Of a stretch of DNA of 64,000 nt, positions 49,101-60,671 are shown piece by piece (the stretch's first letter is position 1; the number at the start of each line of letters is the position of its first letter). The DNA comes from Pecten maximus. Its lineage: Eukaryota. The notes beneath the pieces were generated by a model. It had not been told where the DNA came from. It worked only from the letters and a program-made list of their open reading frames with translations, and did no database searches. Made by a program: the position numbers and the translations under genes. The DNA lies in contig NC_047022.1 of NCBI RefSeq assembly GCF_902652985.1, positions 38,378,001 to 38,442,000 of the forward strand. Direction: 5' to 3'.

Positions 49101-52100
49101 ATAATATCTCGGACATGTTCAAGTTTTAGGTTTAAGGTCAAGGTCAGTGTCACTGTTACTATTTTCGGTATGGGCCAGTAGGGGACACGTATTGCTTTAG
49201 CAATACTCAATATGCTTGTCCAAATGTTTTTGGATAGTAAGTAGTATGTAGACTGCTACCATGGTTGAGAGAAGATATTCAGCTAGCTGTCGAGTTCAAA
49301 TAACAATAAAAACTAGTGCCAATACAGGCCTGATGGGCCCCTTAAATGTGTATTAACATAAAGTGGGTCCTTTGCATCATTGACATTCCAAGCTTTACAG
49401 TCACGGTTTGCTACGTACAGGTATATCATGTCAGAGATTGTAAGTCAGTTTGAAAATATCAAGTTTCATCTTGATAATGTTTGTTGTAAAAGTATTATTG
49501 TCAGACATGTGATATTTTGTATTACAGTCCGGTAGAATATTTGTCAGACATGTGATATTTTCTATTACAGTCCGGTAGAATATTTGTCAGGAATTTAACC
49601 TATACGTGTACTGAAGAAGATCTTCACCAGTTATTTGAAAAATATGGTAAGTGTAACACATTTAATGATATTGACTATAATGATACTGTAGTGATAAATA
49701 TCTCATTCACTTCTCTTACAACATCCAAGTCCTCGTTAAATCAGATCATCTTTCTGTTTTTTGGCCTGTAGAATTCAAAGAAACTTGATTTTAATTGAGG
49801 AACAATATTTACCAGGGAATGGGATATAGGATTGTCGGCCAATAGTTCTACTGAAGTTAACCACCTAACAGACTTTGTGTCATTATCAATGGATATACAT
49901 TAAATCAAAAACTAAGTATTACCCAGCTAATTTGGGTATGTTTACTGGAAATCAGCACAGAAATAAACACTACTTTTCAGGAATTTCAAAGAAACTTTTC
50001 CTATTGTTTAGAGAGTGATACATTCAAATGAAACTTATATTTAAGTCATCTTTTAAGATGGGAGAGATAATGAACGGTGAAATGTACTCAAAGCCGATAT
50101 AATCATTTATTATTTTTTAGCCCTTACTTGTCAAAAATAAACCTTGTAAATCACCTTTAAAAAGTGAAGTCGCAACTGTAGTTGCTTGTGGGATTTCATT
50201 GATCATTTTTAGTAAAGTAGAGCCCAGAAAAGGTTCAGAGATGTAGAGATGCACAATTTATGATATATTTCCTGGAAATAATTGGTTGGAAAATCAATAG
50301 GAAATATTGTTTTGTTGTTTTCGTTCAAACGTATCCTATTTTGTACATGTATTTCTTTCATTAAAGGTAATGTCATAAAGCTATTTATGCAATAAACTGA
50401 ATATATATTCACTAGGTATAGATGCAGGGTCTAATAATTCAAAATTAATTTAACATTTTGGAATGAAAATAAGCTAGACTCCCATCGAAATAGGGAGAGG
50501 ATGATATGTAATGAAAATGATATTTAGATTGTCATAATAAGAAAACAACAATCCAAATTGTCTTTCAGGGCCAGTGTCAGAAATACACCTCCCTATCGAT
50601 AGTCTTACCAAGAAAATGAAAGGCTTTGCCATTGTGACTTACCTGATGCCAGAACATGCTGTGAAGGCCTTCACAGAATTAGACGGAACAACGTTCATGG
50701 TAAATCCTACACATTCTTCTCAGATTTAAGGATATCTGTTTGTTTCACAATTTCTAACAAGCTATAATCTGTTTCTTTGATTTTAGAAAAACTGAAAATT
50801 TGCATCAAATAAATATTTACAGTATATTATAGACAAACAGTGTATAATGCCAGATATATTAAAAGTAAACACGTTCCTGTATTATAAATATACATCTGAT
50901 GTTCTCCAGGGCAGACTGATGCATCTCATTCCGGCCAAGACGAAAAAAGAAGACGAAGTGACAGCTTCAGGTAGACTAAGTTTTGTCTGTTGTAGAATGT
51001 GATTGGAGACATTGTTACATTTAAATCATACTTCATTTATTTTATAAATAATTGCGAAACAAGTTATATCAACTTAAATAGATCACTCTTGTTGCCCCAA
51101 GGGGTCTTACTGTGGGGAGGAACTGGAGTGGCTGAGGAAAACCCATGTAGTCAGGCACATACTTTCTCACATCTGATGGGGAATCAAACCCCGGCTGTCT
51201 GGTGTTACCACTAAGCCACCCCACCACCCATTGTTACAGCTCTACTTTCGAATATTATGCTATCATTTATATTGACAAATTCTGACAGGATGTCATGATC
51301 ACTGTGACGTCATGATCACTGTGTAGAAGTCAGGCTCCATGTGCAACCTGTACATCATTTTTGTTTACATAATTCAAATGTATGTTTCCATCTTTGGTTA
51401 TTTCAGAGGGTTCATCTTACAAAACCAAGAAACAGGAAAAACAGAAGGCTCTGGCTGGCAGGTTTGTATACACCCTAAAAGATGGACAAATTTCCATATA
51501 AAAAAAAATGAATGTTTATTTATATGGAGATTATGTTCTGATAGCTGTGATGTCTGTTTGTGATAGTGTCATGCAGCAGATGAAGTTATATCAATTTATA
51601 TTCAGAGATACCATGACTTACTAGTGCCACAAAAATTTCGGGTTATTTTATAAAGTACACTGTAGGAAAATGAGGCATATACTGTGTATAATTTCAGCCC
51701 ACAGACTATGACTTGACCCTGTGTGTTTGGGTTTTGATTATTTTTGTAGACATTCCTTATATTATTTTAGCTCCTTCTGTGAGTACCATTACCTAAATGT
51801 GTTTCTGTAATAAGTTCTGTACAGAGCTTCAGATAAAGTCTAAAAGGTGCTGAGAGTTGGCATACCGCAGGTATGATATCCTTACTCTTTGTACACACCA
51901 ACTGGAAACAGTGCATGCTCCTAAACTATCTTACATTTCTTTCAACATCTTTCTTAAATAACCTACAAAATGATAATCTAGAACCACACAAAAGGTTAAG
52001 TAGCTACAAACATTATATTGTTTATTAATAGTTTGATATTTTTGAAGAATAACTTGATTACACTTAATTGACATAAACCTCCCTCCAATTTGTAGTTCAC

Positions 52101-55100
52101 ACAACTGGAACTCTCTCTTTCTTGGGGCCAACACTGTGGCAGATGTCTTGGCTGAAAAGTACAGTACAGAGAAAAGTCACATTCTTGATGCTGTAAGTTG
52201 AATGAGAAAGTAACTGGAGGAAATCACATTTCAGGTGGCCAATCTGTATTACATGTTTCACAAACACCTGACAAAGTATGAATTATTGCAGAGACAACAA
52301 AAGTACTATATGATCTCCACAACTGTTTTAGATGTAAAGCTCAACAAGTTCATGTTAGTGTTCAAAGCTATATCATTGGTCAGGAATGCATACCATCCAT
52401 CAATATCTATCTTTCTCAATTATTGTTGAGCTGTGTTATAATTTTGCAAATGCATTGCTATTTAAATGCTTTAAGTTTGTGGTTTTATGTGGAATGTTTT
52501 GACAGACTTAATTGAATGTCTCTAGTATGTATTTACAGAACATTTGATAACAACGCTACACTTAAATACTCTGATTTGTAGCTCTACTAATTGGGGTAAC
52601 AGACATGTATGACTTTTATTATTTGTAGCAGGCAAAGCAGAGTCTTGGAGTGAGAATGGCTTTGGGAGAGACTCAGATCGTAGCTGAGACACGCGACTTC
52701 CTGTTGGAGGAAGGAGTGGCACTTGATAGCTTCAGTCAAGTATGTAAAGTAGGACCAATTTGATGAGACACCAAGCATCCATTTGTACAAAATCAGACGC
52801 CTTCAGTAAATACAGTAAATACAGCATACTACCAATTTATACAAAAGTAGATCGCTTCATCCTGTTATAGAAATTGTCTTTGTATTTTCAGCCTTCTGCA
52901 GCAAGAAGCAAATCAGTGATACTGGTGAAGAACTTGCCAGCAGGCACCAAGTCTGTGGAGTTGAGGGACTTATTCAGTAAACATGGGACTGTTGGTCGGG
53001 TTATTCTTCCTCCATCAGGGGTCACAGCTATTGTAGAATACCTGGAACCAACAGAGGCCAAGACGGGCTTCAGGAGGCTGGCCTATTCTAAGGTAGAGTT
53101 CAGTATATACTTCGGTATGCCTGGCCTATTCTAAGGTAGAGTTCAGTATATACTTCGGTATGCCTGGCCTATTCTAAGGTAGAACTCAGTATAGACTTTG
53201 GTACGTCTGGCCCGTTCTAAGGTAGAGCTCAGTACTGACTTCAGTATGCCTGGCCTGTTCTGAGGTAGAGCTCAATATTGACTTCGGTATGCCGAGTTTG
53301 GTATAGGTTGTTTACTTAACTTGCATGTTTTCCTAAAACGGTTATCCATCTTTGTGACTTGCCTTACCTGACATTCATTTGGTTCTATTATTGTGTTTGG
53401 CTTTCTGAGATTGCCCTGTCCTGTTGTATCTAGTTGTATCCTGTCATGCCCTTTTATATTCTGTTCTGAATCAATTACATATCTTGAGAATCCATGAAAA
53501 GACATAGTTCACACTTACACCACAGTATCATAACATCAACTTTTATACCAGATTGTTTTCTGGTGGACACTGGTCAAGGTTAAAGAATCAAAGTTCACCT
53601 TCGACTCCTTTTTATTCGGATCAAAGTCATATCTTGAGAACCCCTCAACAGATTTGGTTCATATTTATGCCAAAATATCATAGCATCAACTTCTACTACT
53701 GATCATATTCTGGTCATCAGTCAAGGTTTAAAGGTCAAAGATCACCTATGACTTGTTCTAAAATTCATGACCTTTTTCTGAATGGGAAGCAATATATCCC
53801 GTCTCATTCTGAATCGATACATCATACCTTGAGAATGCACTATAGCATCATAACACAAAGTTCTTTACATAGGAGCAGGGATATTCAGGTCTTACAGACA
53901 TTTACTTTTATTGTTTATTTGAGTTCTGATCCTGTAATGGCTCCAGACATTCAGGCTACCAGTATTTCAACTTTAATGTCATAATTTATATATGAATGTG
54001 TTCATGAGCTTTCTTGGATTAAAAACAATTATCATGACAGAGTTATATATAACTGACAAATCATCATTGATTTTTAATGCTAAGTAGGCAGAAAAACAAC
54101 CCTCATTTTCCTCACCAATATCGAATTTTGTCATCAGTGAAGCAATGTTTGATATTAACACTGTGTTGTTGGTGCTATCAGTTCCAGCATGTTCCTCTAT
54201 ACCTGGAGTGGGCTCCTATGGAAGTGTTTAAAGCTCCAGCCACTGTACCAACAGTCAAGGAAGGGGAGGAAAAACAGCAGAGAACCGACTCAGATTCTAA
54301 GGTATGCAACACTAAGTATATTTTTTGAATTGGGAATAAAGTGTTTGTTCCCAGATTTGTTATAAGTGAACTGTATTTAACATGGCCTTTAGGTTTTACT
54401 TGATAGCTTTACCTAGATGTTATTCCTGGTGTGACTGATGCTGTATGTCTCTAAATTAATTTCTTTTGTTATAAGGCTTCAGTTAGGCTTAGTAACATGT
54501 ACAGTACTGTAAAGTTGTAAATTTTAAAACAAGTATTAAGTGGAAGGACGGCTGTGATAACTAGCAGTTAACATGGAGAAACATTAGGAAGGCTATACAC
54601 ATCTGAGTTTGTTTTGATTTAATTCAAATTTTAAGGTTGAAAAGATGGAAACAAATAAGGAGGAGGAAGTGAAACAGAAGGAAGAGGAGGAGGAGGAGGA
54701 GGAAGAGGAGGTTTCAGAGTCGGGAGCAACATTATTTGTCAAAAATCTTAACTTTGAATCAAGAGAAGATGACCTCAAGAAGGTAACACTTTGGCATAAC
54801 ATAGACTGTGGTTACTGAATAGAGTTTACCATAGACTGTGGTTACTGAATAGAGTTTACCATCATGATATTATGAAGAAATTTGATTGAGTATAGATATG
54901 AATTATGGTTATGAAAAGCAGATCTGATATTGGTAAAATATGACTCCATTTAAACTATATTTATCTTTCCCTTCCAATAACTGTACACCCCACCACTTGC
55001 ATGCCACCAATATGTTTTAAGCCTTTTAGTTGTGTCAGTCAAATATGTCAGTGTGAATTCACGAGTTTTGTCTTTCAGAAATTCAAGAAATGTGGCAAGA

Positions 55101-58100
55101 TAAAAAGTGTTTCGGTGGCCAAGAAAAAGGACATGAAAAATCCAGGTATGATAAAGAAAAATATACAATATACATGTAGTTATCACAGTGAAATTCAACT
55201 TTGATTTTCATATTTTGTAACCGTGTGACTTACACGGTTTGTATGGCAGCTCTAAATGAATGAAAATTAGAAACCACTTCTGTGATCTTGTCTGTGTGAC
55301 ACTACTGCATAGAGTACACAGAGCAACATTTACCAATTAAAACATTTAGTTATAGCTTTGGTTGGCAAAATGGAAAATTTTCATGAATTACCAGAGTGTT
55401 TATTGAATAGATGAGAATCATTTTCAAAGACAAAGTTATCACACAGGTACTGTAGACAGGATATGTGTTTAAGTGTTTAAGATGTAATTAATTTTACCAA
55501 ACATGTCATCGTAAAAAAAGCAACAGAAAATAACAACATTAAGAGATGACTTACCGGGTAATTGAGCACTGGAGTTTGTCATTAACAAAATGACCTCAGT
55601 AATTCTGAGTCAAAATTGACAAAATGAGAACAAACAATGAACAATATATATATATATGCCTGAACACCATGGGAAAAGTACAATGATAATATAACCAGGT
55701 GTTCCAGAAGGTTAAGTATCTTCTAAATCTGGGTTTAAGTCACTGTCTCAAAATGGAAACTAGGGTTGTGACATACCTCACCTGATATGTGTAACACAGA
55801 TTTGTTTTATAACTGTTGATCTAAAACATGTTTATATTTTCTAGGAAGCTACCTGTCTTTGGGGTATGGTTTTGTGGAGTACTATGAGAAGGCGAGTGCA
55901 GATAAGGCTCTGAAGACACTACAACACACTGACTTGGATGGTCATACACTGGAACTCAAGGTTTCACACCGCCAAGTAGGGTAGGCAGGATATTTATGCT
56001 TATAAAACTGTTAAAATGGTGTATTTAAACCTGTTACTGTGCTTAATTAGTATGTATTGTTTTTAAAATATTAAACAGTTATTAACAGTATTTGAAATTA
56101 GAAACTACTTGTTATACTCCCCACAACAAAGTTGGCGGTTATAATGTAATCAGGTTGTCTGTTAGTCTGTTTGTGTACAGGATTCTGTTCGGACACTCCT
56201 ATAGTTTTGTTCAGGATGCTGTCTGGACACTCCAGTAGTTTTGTTCAGGATTCTGTCCGGACACTCCTATAGTTTTGTTCAGGATGCTGTCTGGACACTC
56301 CTATAGTTTTGTTCAGGATTCTGTCCGGACACTCCTATAGTTTTGTTCAGGATTCTGTCCGGACACTCCTATAGTTTTGTTCAGGATTCTGTCCGGATAC
56401 TCCTATAGTTTTGTTCAGGATTCTGTCCGGACACTCCTATAGTTTTGTTCAGGATGCTGTCTGGACACTCCTATAGTTTTGTTCAGGATTCTGTCCGGAC
56501 ACTCCTATAGTTTTGTTCAGGATTCTGTCCGGACACTCCTATAGTTTTGTTCAGGATTCTGTCCGGATACTCCTATAGTTTTGTTCAGGATTCTGTCCGG
56601 ATACTCCTATAGTTTTGTTCAGGATTCTGTCCGGATACTCCTATAGTTTTGTTCAGGATTCTGTCCGGATACTCCTATAGTTTTGTTCAGGATGCTGTCT
56701 GGACACTCCTATAGTTTTGTTCAGGATTCTGTCCGGACACTCCTATAGTTTTGTTCAGGATTCTGTCCAGACACTCCTATAATTTTGTTCAGGATTCTGT
56801 CCGGACACTCCTATAGTTTTGTTCAGGATTCTGTCCGGATACTCCTATAGTTTTGTTCAGGATTCTGTCCAGACACTCCGATTGGTTCTTTTCAGGATTC
56901 TGTCCGGATACTCCTATAGTTTTGTTCAGGATTCTGTCCGGATACTCCTATAGTTTTGTTCAGGATTCTGTCCGGATACTCCTATAGTTTTGTTCAGGAT
57001 TCTGTCTGGATACTCCTTATAGTTTTGTTCAGGATTCTGTCCGGACACTCCAGTAGTTTTGTTAAGGATTCTGTCCGGACACTCCAGTAGTTTTGTTAAG
57101 GATTCTCTCCGGACACTCCTATAGTTTTGTTCAGGATTCTGTCCGGACACTCCAGTAGTTTTGTTCAGGATTCTGTCCGGATACTCCAGTAGTTTTGTTC
57201 AGGATTCTGTCCGGACACTCCTATAGTTTTGTTCAGGATTCTGTCCGGACACTCCAGTAGTTTTGTTCAGGATTCTGTCCGGACACTCCTATAGTTTTGT
57301 TCAGGATTCTGTCCGGACACTCCAGTAGTTTTGTTCAGGATTCTGTCCGGACACTCCTATAGTTTTGTTCAGGATTCTGTCCGGACACTCCTATAGTTTT
57401 GTTCAGGATTCTGTCCGGACACTCCTATAATTTTGTTCAGGATTCTGTCCGGACACTCCAGTAGTTTTGTTCAGGATTCTGTCCAGACACTCCTATAGTT
57501 TTGTTCAGGATTCTGTCCGGACACTCCTATAGTTTTGTTAAGGATTCTCCGGACACTCCTATAGTTTTGTTCAGGATTCTGTCCGGACACTCCAGTAGTT
57601 TTGTTCAGGATTCTGTCCGGATACTCCTATAGTTTTGTTCAGGATGCTGTCTGGACACTCCAGTAGTTTTGTTCAGGATTCTGTTCGGACACTCCTATAG
57701 TTTTGTTCAGGATTCTGTCCGGATACTCCTATAGTTTTGTTCAGGATTCTGTCCGGACACTCCTATAGTTTTGTTCAGGATGCTGTCTGGACACTCCTAT
57801 AGTTTTGTTCAGGATTCTGTCCGGACACTCCTATAGTTTTGTTCAGGATTCTGTCCGGACACTCTTATAGTTTTGTTCAGGATTCTGTCCGGATACTCCT
57901 ATAGTTTTGTTCAGGATTCTGTCCGGATACTCCTATAGTTTTGTTCAGGATTCTGTCCGGATACTCCTATAGTTTTGTTCAGGATTCTGTCCGGATACTC
58001 CTATAGTTTTGTTCAGGATGCTGTCTGGACACTCCAGTAGTTTTGTTCAGGATTCTCTCCGGACACTCCAGTAGTTTTGTTCAGGATTCTGTCCGGACAC

Positions 58101-60078
58101 TCCAGTAGTTTTGTTCAGGATTCTGTCCGGACACTTCTATAGTTTTGTTCAGGATTCTGTCCGGACACTCCAGTAGTTTTGTTCAGGATTCTGTCCAGAC
58201 ACTCCAGTAGTTTTGTTCAGGATTCTGTCCGGACACTCCAGTAGTTTTGTTCAGGATTCTGTCCGGACACTCCTATAGTTTTCATCAGAACTTCATAATA
58301 CTCTGTGGATGTATCCAGTATACATTACACTGATGTTGTGCACATGGGATCAATGTTTTGATTGGTTATTTGCCCCTTTTGATCTTACTTAACAAATGGT
58401 TGTAGTAAGGTAGGAATCCAGGTGGGACCATTATAGTTGATAATCATAGTCTTACTACTACTACTAGATTTGACAGAAGACAGAAAGAAATTTATAAATT
58501 ATGTATCTACAAAGTATAAATACCAATAACTGAGTTTGATATGTTTTCCAGGGAAGAACACAATGATATTCAATAGCTTAATTCACCAACTAATTAGCGT
58601 TAAAGAAATCCTAGCAATGATTTGTTTAATTTTTTCTTTCCTAAAGCACTACAGAAGTAAAATCTACTAAGAAGAAGGCCAAGTCAATCAAACAGAAGAC
58701 ATCTAAAATACTAGTAAGGAACATACCATTTGAGGCAAAGAGGAAGGAAGTCTTCGAACTCTTCAAGTAAGTAATAATCATACACATAATATGTGCTTGT
58801 TTCCTCTCTTTTAACTAAAGTTCACTGGAGATTCAGTCCAGTTTTGTACATTTCTTGGATTTGTTAGAAAAAATGTTTTGGCAGTTTCCTGTTATTAACA
58901 TGCAGTAAATTCTCTTACACATTGTAAGCATGCAGTTAATTTTTGTAGATACAAAATTGTATTTGAAATGAAAGCTATAGGTTTCTTGAAAAAATCACCA
59001 TGCCTGTTATCGTTGTAATAAATTGCATTGCAGCTTATATCAAATGCATTTATTTATAAGCCAATGTAAAAACCAATTCCTTAATTGAGGATATGTCAAC
59101 TGTGTACATGTATACATGTATTTAAATTTGATTTGAAATAGTCAAAATGTTTTTTGGTCTTGTCCTTTTTCAGGACATTCGGTGAACTGAAATCAGTTCG
59201 CCTTCCTACCAAACTCAGTGGATCTGGTACACATCGGGGTTTTGGATTTGTGGACTTCCTTACCAAGCAGGATGCCAAGGTGATGTTTTGTCTTTATTAC
59301 ACTGAGCAATTAGTCTCTCCATCAACACGGTGATAAAAATCAATAGTAAAGAAATAAGATTTGAATGAATTATAATATCTGATTTTATATTAAATTTCCC
59401 TTAGAAAAAATAGATATTACTGTTTGAATGTTTTAAATATACCAATTCTGCTTATCCAGAGAGCGTTTGAGGCCCTGTGTCACAGTACCCATTTGTATGG
59501 GCGGCGTTTAGTGTTAGAGTGGGCTGAAGATGCTGAAGATCTGCAGGAGCTTCGACGCAAAACATCAGAGCATTTTCATGAGGGTAATTATAATGCAGGT
59601 TTATATTAAAAACACTGCTGTTATGGGTAATTATAATGCAGGTTTATATTAAAAACACTGCTGTTATGGGTAATTATAATGCAGTTTTATATTAAAAACA
59701 CTGCAGCTGTTATAGTAGCAGTGTCTTAAACCTTGAGTGACGACCACAAAATCATAGGTAGAACTGTAAAAGGGTAGTTTGACTGTACTTCAGTGTCAGC
59801 ATAATGAGGTGTTCATGAAATACATTTTAAGATGTGTTTTTAAGTTTTTTGACTGAGATTAGACAGGAATGGGTGCACTCATAAACACACCAAGTGATTA
59901 TTTTAGAAAATAAGTTTCCTAAAAACTAGCTTTAGACTGATGATATTAGTATTTTTCATTGTGTCTAGCAACGTCCTGTAACTTTTGAACTTATTCTTTC
60001 TCAGATTCCCCAATGAGCAAACGTGTGAAGAGATCAGCCATCATGGACACACTGGAGATGTCTCACAAGGGATCTTGA
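40194..60078 (+). CDS. RBM19: RNA-binding protein 19 (Mrd1/RBD-1 homologue, multi-RRM ribosome biogenesis factor), ~971 aa
   Basis: 27 phase-consistent exons: 40194-40229, 40863-41045, 41974-42126, 42433-42492, 42977-43205, 43557-43618, 44004-44228, 44466-44522, 45046-45127, 45602-45673, 47430-47521, 47772-47810, 49571-49646, 50569-50699, 50910-50970, 51407-51461, 52096-52192, 52629(or 52632)-52739, 52892-53092, 54182-54301, 54636-54782, 55079-55145, 55845-55980, 58647-58766, 59174-59279, 59460-59583, 60005-60078. Motifs MSRIIIKNLP, FRKFAFIGF, KPRSWSRY, SGRIFVRNL, SHNWNSLF, VRMALGETQ, PLYLEWAP, HRGFGFVDF, STHLYGRRLVLEWAE. Confidence 0.97.
45121..45447 (+). repeat. ~18-20-bp degenerate repeat built from the RBM19 exon-9 donor
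   Basis: TTGTATG|GTATGTAATA repeated; the first copy is the real donor at 45127/45128. Confidence 0.85.
45661..46662 (+). repeat. 33-bp minisatellite, ~30 copies, built from the RBM19 exon-10 3' end plus donor
   Basis: AAACTTCATC(G/A)|GTATGTACAGACAGTA(A/T)ATAT(A/T); first copy is the real donor at 45673/45674. Confidence 0.95.
46695..47396. repeat. ~22-bp C-rich minisatellite, ~30 copies, ending ~30 bp before the exon-11 acceptor
   Basis: CCCTCCACCCAAATGTTGT(A/G)(C/T)T; source of many spurious ORFs. Confidence 0.95.
48223..48862. mobile_element. Second copy of the ~630-bp hairpin/tRNA-box element, in RBM19 intron 12
   Basis: Near-identical to 29980-30609 with the same termini ATTCTACCATG...TATTTCTTA; hairpin 48701-48844. 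Confidence 0.85.
48946..49219 (+). mobile_element. Short degenerate HINE/MITE-like element
   Basis: 5' hairpin AGTCCC..ACCGGTGAAACCAGGGGACT, AAGGTCAAGGTCA core motif, 3' GTAGGGGAC + GTATTGCTTTAGCAATAC hairpin + CTTGT. Confidence 0.55.
49497..49590 (+). repeat. 43-bp duplication of the RBM19 exon-13 acceptor and first ~20 exon nt
   Basis: TATTACAG|TCCGGTAGAATATTTGTCAG at 49528 (decoy) and 49571 (real). Confidence 0.9.
51035..51230 (-). mobile_element. Degenerate SINE of the same family as 16356-16601
   Basis: Shared AATTGCGAAACAAGTTATATCAACTT, GGGGTCTTACTGT and GTGTTACCACT segments. Confidence 0.6.
53078..53293 (+). repeat. 43-bp tandem repeat containing the RBM19 exon-19 3' end and donor (5 donor copies)
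   Basis: CTGGCCTATTCTAAG|GTAGAG junctions at 53092, 53135, 53178, 53221, 53264, diverging with distance from the exon. Confidence 0.92.
56178..58283. repeat. 34-bp minisatellite, ~62 copies, embedded in a HINE-like element head
   Basis: Unit CAGGATTCTGTCCGGA(C/T)ACTCC(T/A)(A/G)TAGTTTTGTT; the flank 56112-56177 resembles 60165-60250. Confidence 0.95.
59582..59712 (+). repeat. 43-bp tandem repeat containing the RBM19 exon-26 donor (3 copies)
   Basis: GG|GTAATTATAATGCAG at 59584, 59627, 59670. Confidence 0.88.
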
Positions 60079-60117
60079 TAGAGGACATGATCAGTCTTAC
60101 ATATTATGTAATTACTC

Positions 60118-60123
60118 AATAAA
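60118..60123 (+). terminator. Probable RBM19 polyadenylation signal
   Basis: AATAAA 40 nt after the TGA, followed by T-rich sequence. Confidence 0.5.
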
Positions 60124-60250
60124 ACATGTATAAAATAACTTTGTAGAAAATGTTATTTTTATTTCACTGGCAACAAGTTAGGGGGTTATACTGGAATCAG
60201 GTTGTCTGTCTTTCTGTGTGTAGGATTTTGTCACCTGCGACTCCTACATT

Positions 60251-60671
60251 TTAAGGTCACCTGAGATGACATCTCAAGTGACCTATAACATCTAAAGTGA
60301 CTAATTCTAATCGCCTTTTGTCCATTGACATCCATCGTTTGATCATAAATAATTTGCATTTATGACTTCTTCTTATTAATAAAGGGGCCTAGAGACCCGA
60401 TACCTGGCCTATAGCATGCTAGAGTGAAGGACTATTAGGATTGTTCAAATGAATGACCTTGAACTTAATTCAAGGTCACAGTATAAGTTCAAGGTCACAG
60501 GGGTCAAATATGCTAAAATCTTTTAAACATCTTCAATTAAGAACTAACATACTTGATATTTGTAGCATGCTGGGGTGAACAAAGTTGCCCTCAAATTCAC
60601 CTTCACAGGAATAATTTCTTCCAAAATATATCAAAACTCAGGTGACCATTCAGGTCCATTGGCCTCTTGTT
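60251..60671 (+). mobile_element. Degenerate HINE (non-autonomous Helentron), apparently nested in an older element starting ~60160
   Basis: SubTIRs GGTCACCTGAG / CTCAGGTGACC, 5' hairpin AGGTCAC-TGAGATG/CATCTCA-GTGACCT, TGACCTTGAA...TTCAAGGTCA core, 3' GGCCTCTTGTT end like the 13167 element. Confidence 0.7.

Noticed and set aside
53430-53920. Further HINE-like remnants (also ~43850-43980 and ~60930-61150)
   Set aside because: AAGGTCA-type motifs are present but the termini are too decayed to delimit
4152-58283. CRISPR-like 29-43-bp repeats
   Set aside because: Head-to-tail units with no unique spacers, no cas genes, eukaryotic intronic context
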